Source: Saccostrea echinata
Lineage: Eukaryota
Direction of reading: 5' to 3'
Assembly: GCF_033153115.1 (NCBI RefSeq)
Contig: NW_026889758.1
Coordinates: forward strand, 50,530,001 to 50,594,000
DNA length: 64,000 nt
Shown here: one piece after another, positions 1 through 11,758 of the stretch
Numbering within the stretch: position 1 is the first letter of the stretch
How the letters are laid out: every line of letters starts with the position of its first letter
The notes under the pieces: generated by a model
Told to the model about the DNA's origin: nothing
The model's input: the letters and a program-made list of their open reading frames with translations, nothing else
The model's database searches: none
Translations under genes and position numbers: made by a program

Positions 1-698
1 ATGAATGAATAGTAAAATGATTGCCGATTTTAAAGATTCACAAAAGGAAAGACAGATATAGTTTTAATTCATTTACTATGCCATTTTTTAAAATTTTATC
101 CCCCCCCCCCCTTACTGCATATCCTAAAATCCATTAGAATCAAAACTGGCCTACCTACAGTATACAGTGACATCTGATATGCAGCAATCGATGATAAATT
201 ACATCTTTATCTTTTTTATCGAAAAGATAAATAAAATCAAATTTCCTAAGTCCGAGAATTACATAAATAATTATTTGTAATCTAAAATAACTACATGTAT
301 TAAAATGATTAAGTCTTATTTAGTTTCAAATAAATGTATATCCATTTTCTAAATTTTTTTTTCAGTTTTCTAAAGTCAATGAATTGCAATAATAATCATT
401 TTCAATCTAAAATATCTACGGTATATTAAGCATTATATCGTTTTAAAAATATCCACTCCTAAATATTTCTAACTTCTTTGCGTGAAGAATCGTGCATTTG
501 CATTAGCAATCGTGAAAGATCGTGTAGAGTGTAGAATCATGTGCATGAGGGATCATTTGTGTAACAGGTTTAATCGTGCGTTAATCGTGCGGAATCGTTC
601 CTGTAATATGATCATTCATGTAAGTTGTCAACAATAATGTTGCAGCCACTGTAGGTAGTTTGGGGTAAAAATTTCTTTGGTTCAATCAGAGTATTTAC

Positions 699-1862
699 CT
701 TTTGATGCCTCAAATATAATCTGGTTAATTTTTTCTTTATCCAGTCCTGTCATGCCTGCTTTGTTGTCATTCAGTAACATTCTAGACATCAAAGTCTCGC
801 TTGATTTTGTCTCAACTTTTCCTGTCTCTTTACTGTTTGATAAATCTGTAAAAAAAAAAAATCTTTTTTTGTAAAAATATCTCATACAGTGTATGTACAA
901 AAATATAAAAGTAGAAAAAAAAATGAAACGCATTGATTAAAGCACACAATTTTACAGCTTTATTGTATTTGAACAATATCTTATTAATTTTCTCTTTTCG
1001 TGTAAGTAGTGAGGAATATATACACATTTTACCAATAAATTTATTAGAAAAACCTACTACATATATGTAATAGTCTTTCGATATCTAAATATATTCCCAA
1101 CTTTTAGTGTTATCAATGATTTACCATTATTTCAATGACCATGCATTCACACATAAGCTTTTCATATGTTCCTACAGCTATAATTGTCTCGTTTTTCTTT
1201 TTAACATCGGGCTCGATGCTATATGATGTTCTAGAAGCTTCCGTCAATATTAAGAGCGGTGAATGACAAAAATAATTTGCACATTTCCCTTTTTAATCGA
1301 TTATCACAACTTATTTCGTTTATGTCATTTAAATCAAGTTTTGATTGAATAATTCAGTGATGACGTTTAATGAAAAAAATAAACGATTGATTGTTGTCAG
1401 TTTCATTGAAAATTGCCAGAAACTTAGATCCGCCAACCGGAAACGCCACCGTACTCACGTTTTTGCTATTTCATGACTGTTTATAGAAAATAAAAGTAGA
1501 CTTTTAATTTAATGTACGATACTTACAATGCGAGTGAAATCTAAATATAGTTTACGGACATCATACTGTATCTAGTGTATTCTTAGAGGAGTAAGAAAAA
1601 ACTCTGGTGCATCCGTTTCGGAGTTTATTTGCAAAATTTATTAATTTATAAGTATAGATTTATTATAATCACACTATGTGTACATGCTTGTTTTAGAAGA
1701 AATCTTATTCAAACCTTTACTAGGCATCACTTTGTCATTGTTGTCAAAACAGCTCTTGTTACGTAACTCTTTTGTGCCAGAGGTAAGATTACTATCCCAA
1801 TTAATTGCCATCCAGTCCTCTTCCTCCTCCTCATCTTCTGTGGCTTCATGTGCATTGTCCAT
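699..1862 (-). CDS. POLK: DNA polymerase kappa (Y-family, DinB), 5' coding exons; gene continues off the left edge
   Basis: Exon 845..699 (TTTACAG acceptor, AAAG|GTAAAT donor) encodes SRMLLNDNKAGMTGLDKEKINQIIFEASKG, the POLK N-clasp signature (vertebrate LNDNKAGMEGLDKEKINKIIMEATKG). Probable upstream coding exon 1862..1715 (ATG MDNAHEATEDEEEEED..., donor AAG|GTTTGA, phase 1 compatible) is less certain. Confidence 0.85.
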
Positions 1863-4426
1863 TCTAGAACTGTAACAATTCAATATTCTCTCTTAATATC
1901 ACAGTGAGCAAATGAAATTGCACAGCTCATACTGACACATTTACTGTCAGTGCAGATCTTTCCTCAAATCAAACAACTATAATAATTGTTCAGCTACTTT
2001 AGCATTACCTGGCTTAAAATTAAGCATGACATCACATTAAAATAAATTAAGCTTTTAGTAAATTTGTGAAGGTAAAAAGTTACATTATTTAAAAACATTT
2101 CTGAAAACTAGGGAGTTTTCACCTCTCCCTCAAAGCAAATTAGGAAGATATTTTGAAAATTAAGGGGGACTTGATACACCTAGGAATAACTACTTTAACT
2201 CCCTCCTATTCTGAAATATGAAAAAAAAAACATTGATTTAATCAATATAAATTTATATTTGGTAATTATATTCTAATTTAAATCTACCTAGAGAAAAATC
2301 AATATGCAGCAAATCATATGGTTGAACATTTAGTTTTATTACTAAAAAAAAAAAAAGAAAGAAAAGAAAAAAAAAAAGAAGAAGAGAAATAAAAGAAGTT
2401 CGGCAGACATATTTTTTGTGAAAAATAATTATTTTCTTAAATGTTTATGCTTAATAACATTAAATAAAACAAATGAATAATATATTTCCCTCACTAGGCC
2501 TAAGTTATTGATAGATTTGAAAAAAAAAAGACTGGATGACATTTCTTTTTGCTTACTGATATTAGTCTGAGCCATATCTATTTACGTCCGTGATGCATTT
2601 ATATAAACAGTGAGCTAACTGACACTGTCATGATATTTATAATTGTTTTCAAGATCAGTATAACATTTAGGTATCTTAAATGGCATAAAAAAATTTCATA
2701 ATTAATTTCAAAACTTTGGTGGTCATTTATCAGATGTATGTTGCATAACTAATTTGATACGATCCCATTTTGATTCCTGTTAATATTTTCAGGATTGCAG
2801 CTGTGTAAACGGCTTTATAGGGGACTATTCATTATATTTCCTCTCTAAATAATTTGAAAAGGATACTTTTATAATTATATTAACGACATGAAACAGCAAC
2901 GAACACAGGCTTCTTGCAGACAAAAAGTGCAGCACCATTACGATTTCGTAAAAATAAGAGATAGAAACTTGTAATTTTCCATGGGAAAAAAGTGTAAGGT
3001 TAGAATTTGGCTGGAAAAAATAGGAGGGGTTGGATAACCGGAAACATATTTTTTTTTTAGTCCTCGGATGACCCATAAAACAAAGAACATGTAATTGGTC
3101 CCCCACAAATAATGATGATACATATGAATGAATGAACTTTATTCTCATAACTGACAAAACAGTGAAGAGAAGATATGTACATTATAATAAACAGAAAATA
3201 TTACATGCCTGAAGAGGGATAACAGAGTATAATTATATTGCATTGTGGGTTACCTGGAGACCCACAATGCAATGCTTGTGGATCTTGTTGCTAACTTCAT
3301 TCTCACAGTAACAACAACTAAAAATTCACAAAAAATGAACTCACCTTGAATTAACGGATATTACATACAGACAGTTAGATTAAATGTTCTTTGTTAAGAT
3401 TTTGCACTTTTTCAAACATCATTTAAGGAAATGCAGCTAACATACAACGTCATGTGACGTCACAGTCTAGACGTTCCAAAAGTCTTGTGGGGTCAGAAGA
3501 GGCAGATCTTAAAATTAAGTGAACAACTGTGCTCACCAAAATGGTCACACTGTAAACATATTAAATTTATTTCTCCTTAAATAGATCTTTGTTTTTACAG
3601 TGACAAGGGCCTAGCTGAAGGATATAATTACAAGGGTGGCCTGGGGGTATGATGATGTGAATGTGACTTGACAGTGAAAAAAATAATCAATGTGAATGTG
3701 TATTTTCAAATAAATCTGGCTTGGTTGACCGATTCAGTATGATGTCAGCAAATTTAACACCTTTGTATTTTTCTTATTGATGGAATATGCACAAAATCAG
3801 CTGCAAAACCATGCTTTTCTGATTTGTCATTTGTTTGTTAAACAAAAACTGTTAAAAATCTCGATTATCTGTGTACCTAGAAAATACATAAAACCATACC
3901 AAAAATAAAATGCAAATAAGATGTTGAAAATATATTGCAAACCTGGGAGTACCCGAGATGCTGACTCTTGAGTTATTTCAGTTCTCCCGCGACATTTTCT
4001 ACTTTCGTTTTACATCTATTGATAACTCGACCGTACATTAGTCGCTTTTATCTAGGCTTATGTAAACAAATCCAACTTATCTTATGCTTACTTATGGACC
4101 CAATCTGAAATATGAAGTAAATGACGATTGTTTAATGTATATCAGGTAAGTGATTGTTTTGTAGTCTAGACCAGCAAATGAACTTGATAGTCTGATGAAG
4201 CATAAGCATGACATCGTTACATCTATTTTAAAACTAGTGACAAAATGTTGTGGTCAAGAGTAAACGTGTGTGCTGAATGGAAACGCCCCATCTCTTTGTG
4301 TCTGCAAAACCCCATAGAAAAATGAGTATAGATTATTAAAACGGTACGTTTTTTAGGATCCTTGGTCACATAGATAACTAGAGATCTGCTTTACAGAGTT
4401 GTCGTTCGTTCTCTCTGTTGTAGTTT

Positions 4427-4796
4427 TATGATGCACCGTTTTAATATTTTTGAGGTATTTGCTGTTATCAGAAATTATATCAAGAATTTGAGTTTTTATG
4501 TCAACAAAATCAAATTTTTGATATAAAAAATTCAGAATTCTTTTTGATATCGAAATTTCGATTTTGTGATATCAAGAATTTGATTTTTCAGTATCAGTAA
4601 ATCTTTTTTTTATATCAGGAACTCGAATTTTTGATATCTTAAAATGATTATCTGATATCATTTTGATTATTTTTATATCAAGCATTACTTTTTGATATCA
4701 AAAATTATTTTTATATCAGGAATTCGAATTATTTATATCATTTATCTTCTATTGATATCAGAAATTACCTCAAAAATATTGAAACGGCACCTCATA
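4427..4796. mobile_element. MITE with ~40-bp imperfect TIRs and internal ~20-bp degenerate tandem repeats
   Basis: Left end TATGATGCACCGTTTTAATATTTTTGAGGTA is the inverted match of right end TACCTCAAAAATATTGAAACGGCACCTCATA; the interior consists of repeated TTTTTGATATCAAGAATTCGA-like units. Confidence 0.75.
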
Positions 4797-4954
4797 GTTA
4801 TTAGGCGTTAGTCAATAGGAATTCATATTAGCTTTCCATGTATATTATCGTCTGAATAAAGAAAGTGAACTTGGTATTTGATGTTTTTGATATTTTACTT
4901 GTATGTATTTTTTTTTTAACTTTGAACGTTGAACATTTTGAAACTTTTTTATTC

Positions 4955-5110
4955 GGGGAAGGGGGGGGGGGCTTTTTTTGAGTCAGAATTTTGAGCACCA
5001 GTCAAGGACATATTATATACTTTCGTGTCATTTGAAGATAGATTATTTTCAACATTTTTAGGACAGGTTATTTACCCCCCCCCCCTTTCAGAATCAAATG
5101 GCCGTCACCT
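4955..5110. mobile_element. Degenerate copy of the MITE family also at 48248..48532
   Basis: Shares poly-G/poly-C subtermini, internal AGTCA(A/G)GGACA repeats and the terminus CCCTTTCAGAATCAAATGG with the 48.2-48.5 kb copy. Confidence 0.6.
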
Positions 5111-5274
5111 AGCACTGGCCGCGCCATTGTGAAGACTGGAGTTTTCATTATTCGACTTCTGCCAATTTTCTATGCGTGTAATAAACATCAAACTTAAAAC
5201 TCATCAGTTGCACACTTGAAAGATAAATGTGATGATTTTCATGTTTGAATTTTTTTTTCAGGATTGGTTGAGAA

Positions 5275-6192
5275 ATGTCGTTAGACCGCCTTGAACAACT
5301 TCGTAATGGTCGTTCGAAAGACCTCGATATTTTTCCCGATCCTGAAAAAGTCCCTGTGGATTTAGACATGCAAAGATTCAATAATGGACGTAAATTTTTT
5401 CAGGATAATGTTTCTATGTGCGTTCTTGGAATGTTTTGCTCCCTTGTAGCAGGTTTCAGCGTTGTTAACCTCTTAGAACCACTAGTTTTTACAAACAAAT
5501 CGAACACGGCCAAAAAATCACTCAACCGTTACTTGGATACTGTACGTCACGTCGCTCTGTGGCATTATGGTGATATATGGGACCCACTATCCTTGGCTAG
5601 AAAATCCATAAAGAAAGTTTACGATATGCACACTCATGCCAGAGATAGTATGAAGAAAGCAAACAAAACCAATAGACATTTTACTCAGTATGACATGAGC
5701 CTAGTTCAAGCCGGTTTTATTGGATTTATAATTATGTATCCAGATAGGCTTGGTCTGCGGGGCTCTAGATCTCATCTAGATGACTTTGTTTACTTTTGGA
5801 GATGGATAGGCTTCTTTTCAGGAATCCGGGACGAGAACAACATTTGCATTAATGGATTCGAGGATGCGTATCAAATCTGCAAACAAGTTGAAGATGAAAT
5901 CGTTTACCCCGCACTTTTTAACCCACCAGACCACTTCAACTCGATGGCAAAAGCTTTTACAGAAGGTCTTTCGCTCTTGACAAATGTTACCCTATACACA
6001 CCAGAGTCTGTCATTGGTTTTTCTTTGGATATGGCACGTAAAAAAAGAATTAAGGATGTTGACTTCCTAGACAGTTGCCGGATAATTTATTTAAAAATAA
6101 TCGTTATTTTAGTAAAATATTGTTCCTGTTTCAGAAGTATGGCCAATAGACTGACTGAATCCTTGATTGTGCCAAATAAATTCATTTTCTGA
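5275..6192 (+). CDS. DUF2236 / MpaB / latex-clearing-protein (Lcp)-like oxygenase catalytic-domain protein, paralog 1 (305 aa)
   Basis: Intact single coding exon preceded by acceptor TTTTTTTTCAG (5261). Motifs NRYLDT, VYDMHTHAR, FTQYDMSLVQAGF and LDDFVYFWRWIGFFSGIRDENNIC are typical of the MPAB/Lcp catalytic domain; hydrophobic C-terminus; clearly paralogous to 8061..9014. Confidence 0.85.
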   Translation: MSLDRLEQLRNGRSKDLDIFPDPEKVPVDLDMQRFNNGRKFFQDNVSMCVLGMFCSLVAGFSVVNLLEPLVFTNKSNTAKKSLNRYLDTVRHVALWHYGDIWDPLSLARKSIKKVYDMHTHARDSMKKANKTNRHFTQYDMSLVQAGFIGFIIMYPDRLGLRGSRSHLDDFVYFWRWIGFFSGIRDENNICINGFEDAYQICKQVEDEIVYPALFNPPDHFNSMAKAFTEGLSLLTNVTLYTPESVIGFSLDMARKKRIKDVDFLDSCRIIYLKIIVILVKYCSCFRSMANRLTESLIVPNKFIF

Positions 6193-8060
6193 CTTCTAGT
6201 TTTTAAAACAGTTTGTTGTTTATGGCCCAATTAAGGTATGTCATAAAATTGACATAAGGTCATGTCTTGAAGGTTCAGGTCATGAGTTGTTGAAATTTTG
6301 TCACAGGAATACCATTAATATCGGAACCTTTAAATGGAATAAATTCAAAATACAGTACCCAATATATTTTTGCAGATTGCAGATGACATACAGATTTTTT
6401 TAAAATCTTCAATCAAGGTCACCTCTTTAATGCCAAGGTCGCTTGGCAAATAGATTATGTCAGTACCTTGATGTTGGAATCCGTGAAAGAAGATGTAAAG
6501 TAGGAACCTTATTCAAGAAAATCTCTTATTCCGGGTCAAATATTGATGGTTACACTTATTGGTTTAAAGGGAGGGATATAAGTTATAAATAAGTTTGGTT
6601 AACTTGTCATTACTCTTTCCAGATTTTTTCGGGGGGGGGGGGGCAATGGCCTATCTAGGGTCTTTTTAAATCTTTCTATCACTCGTCTCAAAATCAGTTT
6701 TGTTGAATTTGATAGTATCTAATCGAGAAAAAAAGAGAGATGATATGCTATTATAATAGAAATATGTAAAACCGCTACAACTGGAGAAAGTTTTGCGATA
6801 TATTGCGAAAGAATATCGAGAGAGTTTTGCGTTAAAACGCGAAAATTATGCCTTTAAATTATTCGCAAAAGTTTTTCGTTGTAACGCGGCCGGCGGTTTC
6901 GTTCTAAAAAATTAGGCTTTTATTTGCGAAAGTTTCTCCTTATAATGCGTTTTTTTTTACCTATGTAAGACTCCCCGTGTAGCTTTAATATGAATTAATT
7001 TGGCTGTTAAGAGAGGTACACAGGTCAACCTGAAACACCAATATCGATTTCTTTGTTAAAACATTGGGGGTTTTTTTTTCTTGTAAAATATTTTTCATAG
7101 TTAAGAGTCTCACTGAAATTTTATTGTTCCATGATTTAATAATTAAGAAGGGGAATCTAAAAACAGAAAACATTCTTTAGAGAGATACTCTTCATAGTAA
7201 CTTGTGTGTGTTGGGGAGGGGGGGGGGGTAGTCAAAGGTTTTTGGGGTGTTGGAAGGTTCTACTGATTAAAAGTTCATACCTCGCAGTGATACCTTCACT
7301 TACAAAAGATGTGATACACTGAAGCTTTTTAAAATGAGTGAATGAATGAAAACATACTATATACAATGTAACAAAATCTTATCAACTATACATGTACATT
7401 TTTATATTAAGTGAAAGAGTATAATGCATAGAGACATTCTAATAGTGAACATGAATAATTAAAAGAATGAATGAATGATAACATTCCATGTACCAAATAT
7501 CATTGGCTACATGTACATCATGTGCAACAAACTACATGTACATTTGTATATTAAAGTGAGGAAAGTCTCCGAGAATTCAATAATATCTTGTATTTGGGCA
7601 TTTAAGTTTTATTATTTATTAACACGATCATTCAGTTTTTCGACACGTTAATAATAAATCAATCTTCTTTTCAAATAACCTATGTAGGACTTCAAACATC
7701 TTTTAAAAATTAAGTTATTTCACGTGAGGATCCGTAGAAGGCATGAAGGCATGCTTGACATCACTTTTATTTAGAAAACTATCCTAAGGAAAATCATTTA
7801 GATACTTGGTACATCTCTTTACCGGATAGTGCAGACACTGGACCGGAAAACGAACCAGGTACTAGTAACCGGTTACTAGATTATGACGGGTTTGACAACC
7901 CTAAGTAATAAACTGTCATCTTAGTATCCCTGTAGCTTTGTTTAAATTGTAAACATCCTGAAGACTGACATTAGGAACCTCTTGCCAGTTTTGTAGCTCA
8001 CTCAAGTCCTGAATTATTTCCTTCTCCTAGGACTCTTATTATACGACTGTCTCGATTGAT

Positions 8061-9014
8061 ATGCTAATGGATATACAGACCAAATATTACTTGAAAATTC
8101 TACATGAAGGGAGTTCATATTCCCTTCAACCTTTTCCGGAATCTGGTACTCTATTGCAAGTACACGAGGACATAAATGCTAAGAGATTCAACAATGGACG
8201 AAAGTTTTTTCGTGATAATCTTTCCATGAACGTTTTGGGATTGTCGTGTACTCTTGTGATAGGATTTAGCATTCCAAACCTTCTGGAACCATTAATGTTC
8301 ACGAAGAGGTCAAACTCACCAGAAGCCATTTTACAGCGTTATTTGACAACCATACGTCACGTGACATTATGGCATTATGATGTTTGGGACCCGAACTCTG
8401 CTGCTAGGAAATCCATTAAAATGGTATACAATAGGCATTTAAATGTACGAAATCAAATGAAAGAGCATAATGAAGACACACAATGCTTCACTCAGTACGA
8501 CATGAGCCTTGTGCAGCATGCATTTATACATTACGCCATCTTGCTTTCAGACAAATTAGGTCTTGAATGCACAAAAACTGATTTGGATGATTATGTTTAC
8601 TTCTGGAGATGGATGGGATATTTTTTGGGAATTCGTGATGAGAATAATATTTGCATTAATGGGTTAGAAAATGCAAGAGCTATATGCAAAGAACTGGCAG
8701 AAGCCGTGGTATATCCTGCACTTTCAGCAACTTCAGAAAATTCTGAGAACATGGCACAGACCTTTGCAGATGGATTAACGCTCCTGACATTCATTCCCAT
8801 ACAATCAGCCAAGTCACTTATGGCATTTTACTTGGACATTGACGATGAACCAAGGGATTTTAAACTCACCATTCTTGACAAATGCAGAGTTCTGTTTTTG
8901 AGAAGTGTAGTTCTCGTGTTTAAGCACAGTGCTCTGTTTCGATTTGTGGCGAACAGGGTCACAGAAAGAATCATTTCAGTATCTTGGTTTAGATCTCAGG
9001 TTCTTAATTCATAG
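8061..9014 (+). CDS. DUF2236 / MpaB / Lcp-like oxygenase catalytic-domain protein, paralog 2 (317 aa)
   Basis: Intact single coding exon preceded by acceptor CTTCTCCTAG (8030). Shares RFNNGRKFF, NLLEPL, RYLxT, H-x3-R, FTQYDMSLVQ, YFWRW.G and IRDENNICING blocks with paralog 1. Confidence 0.85.
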   Translation: MLMDIQTKYYLKILHEGSSYSLQPFPESGTLLQVHEDINAKRFNNGRKFFRDNLSMNVLGLSCTLVIGFSIPNLLEPLMFTKRSNSPEAILQRYLTTIRHVTLWHYDVWDPNSAARKSIKMVYNRHLNVRNQMKEHNEDTQCFTQYDMSLVQHAFIHYAILLSDKLGLECTKTDLDDYVYFWRWMGYFLGIRDENNICINGLENARAICKELAEAVVYPALSATSENSENMAQTFADGLTLLTFIPIQSAKSLMAFYLDIDDEPRDFKLTILDKCRVLFLRSVVLVFKHSALFRFVANRVTERIISVSWFRSQVLNS

Positions 9015-9293
9015 CTTAGTCTTCAAATATGAATACTGCTATATACATATACATGTATTATAAATGAGCTCAATTCAGTTTTGACAGTTGGTTATTATTG
9101 TCTGTTTCTCAGCAAATTTTAAAAACCCCACCTTTTTTTTCATAAATTGATCGAATTTAGACAACGGCGGATTTTTTCTTTATTTTTGCCTTTTATTTTT
9201 TGAAATGTAAATTTTCACTAACATTTTATGGGAAATATTGTGTATGATTAGTTTGATAATGAGGTTTGCTTAAATGACGTAGCTCATAGATGA

Positions 9294-11758
9294 TTATTCC
9301 GTTATGGTGAATGTGACGTCAGATGAGTCGTAAATCTCACTGTGGGGATGATTACTTCCACACTCTCCATTGCAGATAACTGAAGAGAGAATCGTATACA
9401 TGTAGGTGAAATTAAAGACATGTCAAATTAAAATACAACAAATTAAAATTGTAGGCATAAAAATTACTCACAGAGAGTATTACGATTAACTGGTGACATT
9501 TACTATTATCATCAGTATGCCTTATCTGCAAGTTTGTACCATGAGAAAATGATAAATGTATATGGAATACTGAATAAACGATAACATATCAGTTGGTTGA
9601 CTTTATAAAAGAAGATTAAATTATCAAGCAACGGTCTACACAGTAAACCTTTACACTTCTTTCTATTTCTGATCAATTAAATTTAATTTTTATACTCCCT
9701 TACATATTTTAACTGTGTAGTTTCCTGGCAGCCACTGTTCGCATGGTTGTTGTGTAGGGTCACACTGCGGATCTGGTTCAGCCTTTAGGTTGAACTTTTG
9801 TGAGTACTGCCCTGCAGGCTGTTCCTCGGCGATGAATCCTCCCTCTGAAGTAGGAAGACATTTTGTGTAAAAAGAAATGAAATCAATCATCGCTTTTTTG
9901 GCGGGAATACTGCAGCATAGTTTGGGCGATGTATAGATTGATTGTAATTGAATTATTGTTTTACGCCGACTCGGAAGTATTTCGACCACATATTGACAAC
10001 GATTTGTACGGAAATTACAGATTCACCAATTAAAATAAAAAATCGCTGAGTATAAGTACTCTCGTATATATTGCAATTATATGTTAGAGAAAAAAAAATC
10101 GATAGTATTTTATTGTAGGATTATTTTTGCAGTCGTAATGAACTTTGTTCCTAAAATCTTAATTTCTTATCAAATGAGGTACATGTACTTACCAACTGGG
10201 ATTCCGTCAACAGTTTTGCATTCCAAGATGATTTCACCGGTTCCTGTGCCATTTTTAGACTCGTACTCAAGATCAATTTCGAAAACACCTTGAAGTATGA
10301 TGGAAATTGATAATTTGTTAGTATATCAAGTATTTGGTAGCAATTTAAAGGAAGTGTTTGAATGGTAATTCTTGATTACCCTGTGGTCCCGATGTTGGTG
10401 TTATAGTCATTGATGTGATTTTAGCGTCACCATCATCCTTGATAGGACAAGCTTTTAGTAACTCACAGAAGTAGATTGGGTCAAGATCTGCTCTGAAAAG
10501 TATCGAGGAAAAAAAACATCTATCAGCAGTTTGTCTCGTAGCTGAATTCTTAGCTTAACAATATAAAAAGGATTAAGCTTTGAATGTGTCAGGTCTCATA
10601 AAGCTCATAAAGCTCTAGCCCTTGTACTAGCTCCATAACTCTCCACCAATATCATACTGATCGGTCGACAATAATCCATATCAAAATGCACATCACTAGA
10701 TGGGCCGGATTCACTTTATATTTTTATTACCTGGCAAATTAGTATTAGTTTCTTTTTTTAAAAAAGCTGATACACATAATTTTCTATCTTTAAAAAAGGA
10801 TTTATACTTCTCGACCAGCTTGACGAATTCCTCTACTCCAACAATATCGCACAAAATATTACAGACGGCACCAAGGGCTTGACTTCCTGTTTTCTGCGCA
10901 AGTGCGTTGCAAAGAGCCCCACATGTGCCAACAACACCGCTTTCTACAAGTATTGCGAGAAAGCCCTAAGAATAATGATGATAAATGACGAAAATCTCAA
11001 AATTTGTTGAATTTTTGAATTGTGAATCAGAAGTTATATTGCTTGCATGTACAACTAAAAAGAATTTCACTCAAAGGACTTGATAGATTTATATATTTAC
11101 ACTTTGCTTTTATTCAAAAAGAGATCAGTATCACGATACTCAATTCTTAATTGTCCAATTCCTATATATGGTAGCCTATTATTTCCTGATCTTTTTTTTT
11201 ATTTCCTTTATGTCGCTTGACACGTACATGTATGGTGACGATTTTGTAAAATTAAAAAAAGTAATTCCACATTATAATTTTAGTGTATAAAGAAAAAATA
11301 TAACTTGGAGAAAATGTTCATGTTTTTTTTTTCCTATTACGTACATATTGTTTATGACTTACGAAGAATGATGTTTAGAAGTATGTCTATGGTTTGACTG
11401 GTGAAGTTGATGCACGTAGGGCAAAGGTCAACGCCCACCTTTGTTGCCTGGGACGGGATGCGGGTCATCGATACCTGACGGAAAAATGTGGCTCTGTTTT
11501 TGGTCACGGGGGTTCCATTTAGGAGAGTTGCTGCAAAAGCTTCCGTCAATAGAAGACCACAGATCACAAACACAGTACCCTAAAGTCGGGAAATGAATCA
11601 CATAATCCCGGATAACGTTTTTTGGTTTGTTCAAACTATCCATATAAATTATTTTAATGTCATGTTGCAACATTTGGAGAAATGAAATTATTTATTTATT
11701 TTGAAAATTCATATTGTTCATGTCTTATAGTTTGACCTGTGTCATACTATACCTTCAT
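9294..11758 (-). CDS. Countin-like secreted protein (saposin-like domain plus beta-rich C-terminal domain), 7 exons, ~264 aa
   Basis: Exons 11758-11753, 11579-11363, 10943-10808, 10492-10380, 10288-10193, 9844-9704 and 9379-9294 all have GT..AG borders and join in frame: MKGTVFVICGLLLTEAFA (signal peptide) ...LCPTCINF...LLNIILQSGVVGTCGALC...AVCNILCDIVG...DLDPIYFCELLKACP...ICNGECGSNHPHSEIYD...TE*. The saposin cysteine pattern and the CxGECGSxHPHS tail are characteristic of countin-family proteins. Confidence 0.88.

Noticed and set aside
481-600. Short AATCGTG repeats
   Set aside because: Low-complexity, probably TE-internal repeats in a POLK intron; no termini or function evident.
1681-1690. 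GC-AG intron donor for the upstream POLK exon (AA|GCATGT)
   Set aside because: A canonical phase-compatible GT donor (AAG|GTTTGA) exists at 1714.
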